A DNA stretch of 64,000 nucleotides, from assembly GCA_024234975.1 (NCBI GenBank), contig JACKNH010000004.1, positions 355,784 to 419,783 of the forward strand. Direction: 5' to 3'. The notes beneath the pieces are model-generated. The model searched no databases, was not told where the DNA came from, and saw only the letters and a list, made by a program, of their open reading frames with translations. Positions within the stretch are counted from its first letter, which is position 1. Each line of letters begins with the position of its first letter. The DNA is from Gammaproteobacteria bacterium. GTDB lineage: Bacteria; Pseudomonadota; Gammaproteobacteria; Ga0077536. The position numbers and the translations under genes are program-made. Shown piece after piece: positions 62,375 to 64,000 of the stretch.

Positions 62375-62935
62375 ATGCAAGACCTTCATACCTCCGACAC
62401 CCTGGGCTGGCGTGCGTTGATGACCGAAGCGCAGGCGGCAACCGGTATCCTGCTGGCGCCCGAGGTGGAGAGCTATCTGGTCCGTCTGCTGCGCCGTTAT
62501 GTGGGCGAAGGCGCCTCCGCCGATTCGGTATTCAAGGGGCCGCTGGGAGAATTTCTACGACACCCGGGTACGGCGCCGGCAGAAGCGGATCTGGCGGCGA
62601 TCGCCGATGGTTGCCTGCTGCTGGCCGGCTTGCTGCCGGATCAGGCCATGCAACGCGCAATCCCACTCGGGTACCTGGTGGAAACCGGGCGCCATGCCTA
62701 CAGGGAACAGGCCTGGCGCAGCCGCGAGACACTTTTCGATCGTCTGGAAACAGATTTCATCGACATCATCGATCTGCTGCAGACATTGCGTAGTACTGAA
62801 TTTCCGGAAGCCGAGTTGGACCGTCTCACGGCGTACCAGTTGTGGGCTGACACCGGCAGTCGCTACGCGTTCGTGGTGTTGGTAGGGCCAGGCGCCGCGC
62901 TGCCGGCACTAGAGACATCCGTCATGTTGCATTGA
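62375..62935 (+). CDS. Hypothetical cytoplasmic protein (helical, no recognisable motif)
   Basis: An ORF with normal codon bias. Its stop overlaps the ATG of the downstream kinase (TGATG). The start could be ATG 62375 or GTG 62351. Confidence 0.4.
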   Translation: MQDLHTSDTLGWRALMTEAQAATGILLAPEVESYLVRLLRRYVGEGASADSVFKGPLGEFLRHPGTAPAEADLAAIADGCLLLAGLLPDQAMQRAIPLGYLVETGRHAYREQAWRSRETLFDRLETDFIDIIDLLQTLRSTEFPEAELDRLTAYQLWADTGSRYAFVVLVGPGAALPALETSVMLH

Positions 62936-64000
62936 TGGGTTCCTCCGCACGCTTGGCCGCCAGGCAGGCAGCCGATCCTGATCAGACCCAATCCAGGGAC
63001 GCGCAATGGCTGTTGACTGCGCAGGTCAAGCTGCTGCTGGGAAATTCTGCCGACTCGATGATGCTTGGCATCGTCAGCGTCGGCGCCGCTACGTTGGTCA
63101 TGTGGCCCTATCTCGAGCCTCAGTGGCCGCTCTCCTGGTTCGCGTTGATGCTGGCGGCGACCATGATTCGCCAAATTGTCGCGCGGCGATTCGGCCGGGC
63201 TGAACTCACCGCCGCGCGCGCCAGGCGATATCGAACTTCGTATCTATTGGGCGTATGGATAACCGCCGCCGGGTGGGGCGTGGCGGGCACTGCGCTGTTG
63301 CCGGTGGAGTCCGTCCTGCACCAGATTTTCGCCGCCTTTATTTTTGCTGCGGTCTCCGCCGGCGCAGTGGTGGTTCATTCGGTTTTTCGCAGTGCCGCTA
63401 CCGGCTACCTGCTGTTGACGCTCGCACCGCTTGCCATCGCCCAACTGCTGCAAGGCGGACAGGATGGTCAGATCATGGCGGGTATGCTGACGATCTGGGG
63501 CGCGCTGCTGGCACGAATGTCCGAGCAACAGCACAGAATGATCGTGACGACGCTGGAGTTACGTCACCGCAATGATGATCTCATCGATCGACTGACAGTG
63601 GAGAAGGCGCGTGCCGAAGGCGCCAACGCCCAATTGACCGAACAGATTGCCGTTGGCAAGCGGACCTCCAGGGAACTGTTGCGCGCCAAGGAGAAAGCTG
63701 AACGCGCGGTCCGGGCCAAGAGCGACTTCCTCGCCACCATGAGCCATGAAATCCGCACGCCCATGAATGGCGTGCTGGGGATGGCCGAACTGCTGCAGAA
63801 AACCAATCTCACCACGCAGCAACGACGATTCGTGCAGACCATCACCCGTTCAGGTGCAGCGTTGCTGGCCATCATCAATGACATCCTCGACTACTCAAAA
63901 ATCGAGGCTGGCAAACTGACGTTGCATTCAACCGTATTCGACCTGCGCGTTCTGGTGGAAGACACGTTGGCGTTCTTCGCCGAGCAGGCCCACCGTAAAG
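62935..64000 (+). CDS. Membrane sensor histidine kinase (BarA/ArcB-like HisKA), 3' end outside the window; not in the ORF track because no stop is reached
   Basis: My own translation gives about 5-6 TM helices ([14 protein letters not shown]..., [15 protein letters not shown]..., [16 protein letters not shown]...), a coiled coil, and the H-box [25 protein letters not shown]. Confidence 0.8.
   Translation, partial: MGSSARLAARQAADPDQTQSRDAQWLLTAQVKLLLGNSADSMMLGIVSVGAATLVMWPYLEPQWPLSWFALMLAATMIRQIVARRFGRAELTAARARRYRTSYLLGVWITAAGWGVAGTALLPVESVLHQIFAAFIFAAVSAGAVVVHSVFRSAATGYLLLTLAPLAIAQLLQGGQDGQIMAGMLTIWGALLARMSEQQHRMIVTTLELRHRNDDLIDRLTVEKARAEGANAQLTEQIAVGKRTSRELLRAKEKAERAVRAKSDFLATMSHEIRTPMNGVLGMAELLQKTNLTTQQRRFVQTITRSGAALLAIINDILDYSKIEAGKLTLHSTVFDLRVLVEDTLAFFAEQAHRK

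Overview
High-GC (roughly 60%) densely coding chromosomal segment, most likely from a gammaproteobacterium. The order rpoD-dnaG-yqeY-rpsU / tsaD / plsY / folB-folK ... cca resembles Pseudomonas/Xanthomonas-type genomes. I call about 60 genes. Most are housekeeping blocks: tamAB, the rpsU-dnaG-rpoD macromolecular-synthesis operon followed by a tRNA(CAU), tsaD, plsY, folBK, cca, slt, hemH, ybbAP/tesA, sat, rho, trxA/rhlB, lptM-lysA, glnA-ntrBC, hemB, plsC, gmhB-like and glyQS. There are no IS elements, integrases, prophage genes, CRISPR arrays or rRNA. The less conserved stretch is about 15.4-24.1 kb, between tamB and the tRNA. It holds a TIR-like (DUF1863/ThsB-type) gene next to a small HExxH protein, a NarX/NarL-type two-component pair, a TonB-dependent receptor, a stand-alone sigma-28-driven flagellin with a zinc-metallopeptidase motif in its variable domain, and a DUF218 gene. 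Other oddities: (1) a DksA homologue with a degenerate zinc finger, in frame with about 200 codons of Ala/Lys-rich histone-H1-like sequence; (2) an MscS-like / soluble MgtE-N+CBS / full MgtE operon; (3) a GmhB-position HAD protein with all catalytic motifs degenerate; (4) a cyclase-FHA fusion. Quality caveat: four or five single-base frame disruptions cluster in 22.3-25.4 kb. Two of them fall inside the essential rpoD, so they are probably assembly errors. All family assignments come from motif recognition by eye; no HMM or BLAST search was possible.
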